The notes under the pieces were generated by a model. It was not told the origin of the DNA, did no database searches, and saw only the letters and a list, made by a program, of their open reading frames with translations. DNA of 63,228 nucleotides, counting the filler, from Octopus bimaculoides (lineage: Eukaryota), in the NCBI RefSeq assembly GCF_001194135.2. It is 7 parts of 7 records of this genome, joined end to end, with 100 filler letters (N's around TTAATTAATTAA, not from the genome) between each part and the next. Parts side by side here need not be neighbours in the genome. Positions count along the whole stretch, not along the records: positions 33,412 to 63,228 come from NC_068998.1; 6 more parts are not named here. The stretch is one strand, 5' to 3'. This document shows, piece after piece, positions 60,236 through 63,228 of this stretch (positions within the stretch are counted from its first letter, which is position 1; the number at the start of each line of letters is the position of its first letter). Position numbers and translations under genes: made by a program.

Positions 60236-60435
60236 AAGGGCCAAACCAACAAGTTCAAAATTAAACCTGGCTGATGATGTTGCTGTTCCTGATGAGACGT
60301 ACCTCAACGACCTCCAGGACACTTTCCAACAGATCTCTGACCAACAACAAGCTGACCCTGATTTGAACCCTCCTACAGACTCTTCACAACAATTTGATGA
60401 TATTCTACCTCCTACTCTTAATGAAATAGGCTCAG
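60236..60435 (+). CDS. TEX9: TEX9 coding exon 6
   Basis: RAKPTSSKLNLADDVAVPDETYL...ILPPTLNEIGS. ADDVAVP matches TEX9 ADDVAIP, NEIGS matches NDIGT. Phase 2 to 1. Confidence 0.92.
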
Positions 60436-62058
60436 GTACAACTTTGCTTCTGTTGTCTTTTCTTTTCATTCCCTCTTTTTCTCACAGATAACCAATGAGA
60501 TGGAGTCCATATCAGTCAAGGGTCAAAATTGGAAATTTGGAAGTTGGACAGTAAGCAGAATCTCAGAAAACTAGTGCCAGTTTGCATTGGTAAATAGCAA
60601 TGACAGGAAGTTTGCAAACTTTAGACATTTTGTTTCCTCATTAACCTCCTCCTCCTCCTCCTCATTATTTTAACATCCATTCTTCCATGCTTGAATGGGG
60701 TCAGGTGGACTTTGTTCTTCTGCCAGATGCCCTTCCTGTCACCAACCTTCACCTGTTTTTAAGCAAGAAAATATCGTTTTCATGGCACACAAACATCACA
60801 TGATGTCAAGACAGGGCCATACACAAGCATATACAGGCATTATATGAGATGGGATCCTTTCAGTTTCCATCTACCAAATTCACTCACAAAGCTTTGTTCA
60901 GCCTGATACGATAGTAGAAGACTCTTGCCCAAGGTACCACTCACCCACCCATGCCTGTGTCTTTAATATGCTTTTAGAATATTTTTCTCTTTTAAGTTGG
61001 CATAAATACGATTCCATTGAGGTATCAACTGTTATTTTCATATTTGAATTTATCAAACTATATCACCCTTCGTGGAGTTTTCACTCAAAATTCCTGCCTA
61101 TGGAAATTAGGTTCTGGACTCCAAAAATTGGAAAATGTTTGTGATATTTTGGATTTTTATTATGTTAGCACCATGAATACTATTCCAATGGGGTATCAAT
61201 CACTGTTCTTGCATTTGAATTTATCAAACTATAACCCATTCTGTACTTTTGGAAGAAATAAAGAAATTAAAGATCAGAATTCCAAAATCTGAAAATTTTT
61301 TAAAATGTCCTTTTTAAGTTGGTTTCATCAAATTATTACCAAATGTTCTCTAAATCCTTTTTATTACCATAATTCTGTTGAAATACTTTGTCTTCATTGC
61401 AAATCATTTTGAAAATAATAAAGAATTTAGTGAAAGAACTTTGTCATTCATGGAATGTTAGAATTTAGACCACTTTAAATGGGAAATTTGTTTCATTAGA
61501 ACCAGGTGTGTGTGTGTGTGTGTGTGTGGTGGAGGACAGTTCTGTGCCCACCTGATGTGCACATAGTGGTTGGCAGAAGTAATTAATATTTGCTAAGAAT
61601 TGTGTATGAGAGAGAGATAGAGAGACAGAGACAGACAGCGAAATAGACAGACAGGTAGACAGATAAGCAGAGAGATAAACAGACAAATAGACAGAGATGG
61701 GCAGACAGACAAACAAATAGACAGACAGACAGACAGACAAATAGACAGACAGACAGACAAATAGACAGGCAGGCAGGCAGGCAGACAGGTAGACAAAATG
61801 AGTGTTATAAGTAAGCTAGACGGTGGTAAGCCCATTATGTTGTCAGTACAGCTTGCAGCTACACAGGAAACAGAGAGTGAAAAGCCAGTGAGCTGTAATT
61901 CACCTAAATAAATAAAAAGCAACTACAGACTTATTGTGACACAATTATTCTCTTGTGTTTCCATAATACAGGCATTCTCTGATGTAACAAATGTACATTT
62001 AGTTTTGGCGTTAACAATTGACAGCTTACTGTAAATGATTTGGTTGCATCTCTTTCAG

Positions 62059-62141
62059 AAGCCATAATTCGTTTTCTAAAAGCAAAGTTAAGAGTGATGC
62101 AGGAAGAATTAGAAAATCTATCACAGCAATGTGAGAAAAAG
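62059..62141 (+). CDS. TEX9: TEX9 coding exon 7
   Basis: (E)[27 protein letters not shown] versus human [34 protein letters not shown]| acceptor, |GTGAGT donor. Confidence 0.97.
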
Positions 62142-63110
62142 GTGAGTGCACATGTAATTATAGTCTTTTACAAAACTGTTTAATCCCATAAAATCAGAAT
62201 ATTAAACATATTCCTGCAGATAGAATTCTTGAAAAGAAACATGTACGAAGAATATTATCGTATCTTTTCATTCTCATTTCTGTTTTTTTATTTGTAACAC
62301 ATTGTAATTTCTTATATGTCTCAGAAGAAAAACTTAGATTTCCTTGAATGATATGGTTAAAACTAAAAACTAAGATTTTACCAAACCAAAATGGTTGTTA
62401 TTTGTTGAAAACTTGTCAAGTATTGCTTGATAGAGAGGAGTGAAACGGATGCTTAGGTTGATACAGTTAATATTCTCTTTCGGTTGTCTGCGATCAAACT
62501 AACATTTTCAGATCAAGTTATTGAGAGAGAAATAGTCTGAAATTTAGTGGAGAGATCTGAGCTTGAGAGGAGGCTGTCAACTACACAGATGGAACTTGGA
62601 AATTGGATTTTGTAGAGTTAATCAAAGTCATGGAGTGAAATGTGTCTGAATAATGGGATACAAACTAAGAAGTGCATTGGAAACTACTTTCAAGATAATG
62701 AAGGAGTCTCTATGTAGTCACTTGATATAATAAAAATAGCTGTCAAATCTCTCTCAAATCATGTATTTGTGTCTGAAAAAGAAAGGGTTAGGAGAAACCT
62801 TGCTGAATGCAATCTGGAGGTATCTATTAATTAAAGATTACTTAGTAATAATTGTTTCGTAGTTTGGTGCAATTTTAGTGGGAGAAGAGGGGGGGGGTTA
62901 ATTACACCAACCCCAGTATTCAACTGGTACTTATTTTATTGACCCTTAAAGGATGACAAGTCAATCTAGGCAGGATTTGAACCCAGAATGCAAAGCCAGA
63001 AGAAATACGTCTATGCATTTTCTCTGACATGTTAACAAGCTTGTCGCTTTATGTTAAATTAGTAATACTCAAAGTTAATTAGTAATTTAATCTCCAATTG
63101 TTATTTTCAG

Positions 63111-63228
63111 GAGGAGGACAGGACAAAGCTTCAGGATCAAGTGAAACAAATGGACGAGGACTGTATCCGACTCCAGCGTATGAGCAGCACTCAGCTCACT
63201 CAACTGGAAAACTACAAGAAACTGATTG
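63111..63228 (+). CDS. TEX9: TEX9 coding exon 8 (runs off the window)
   Basis: TTTTCAG| EEDRTKLQDQVKQMDEDCIRLQRMSSTQLTQLENYKKLI, a coiled coil aligning to TEX9 [23 protein letters not shown]. Confidence 0.93.

Overview
AT-rich, gap-riddled eukaryotic draft-genome window. The microsatellite load, SINE families and R4/Dong and RTE LINEs suggest an octopod cephalopod (inference, not proven). About 0-43 kb is mostly repeats: R4/Dong LINE pieces in (TAA)n, RTE and CR1 LINE relics, three tRNA-head SINE families, mariner, DD37D, hAT and piggyBac relics, and MITEs. Six 100-bp joins carry the artificial linker TTAATTAATTAA. The only gene identifiable with confidence is TEX9 (+ strand): eight coding exons from 55550 to the window end, all GT-AG and phase-consistent, 3'-truncated. 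Best leads: (1) two minimal hammerhead-ribozyme motifs in a Penelope-like repeat, with a compensatory base change in stem II (26601, 29205); (2) a 144-bp, 94%-identical foldback 67 bp before the first coding exon of TEX9, a candidate ADAR substrate; (3) an RFX X-box region at 46.7-47.0 kb that may be a bidirectional promoter for TEX9 and a two-exon orphan with a signal peptide; (4) orphan exon candidates, including a terminal exon at 40729. Protein-family calls come from remembered motifs, not database searches. TE boundaries are approximate unless TSDs are given.
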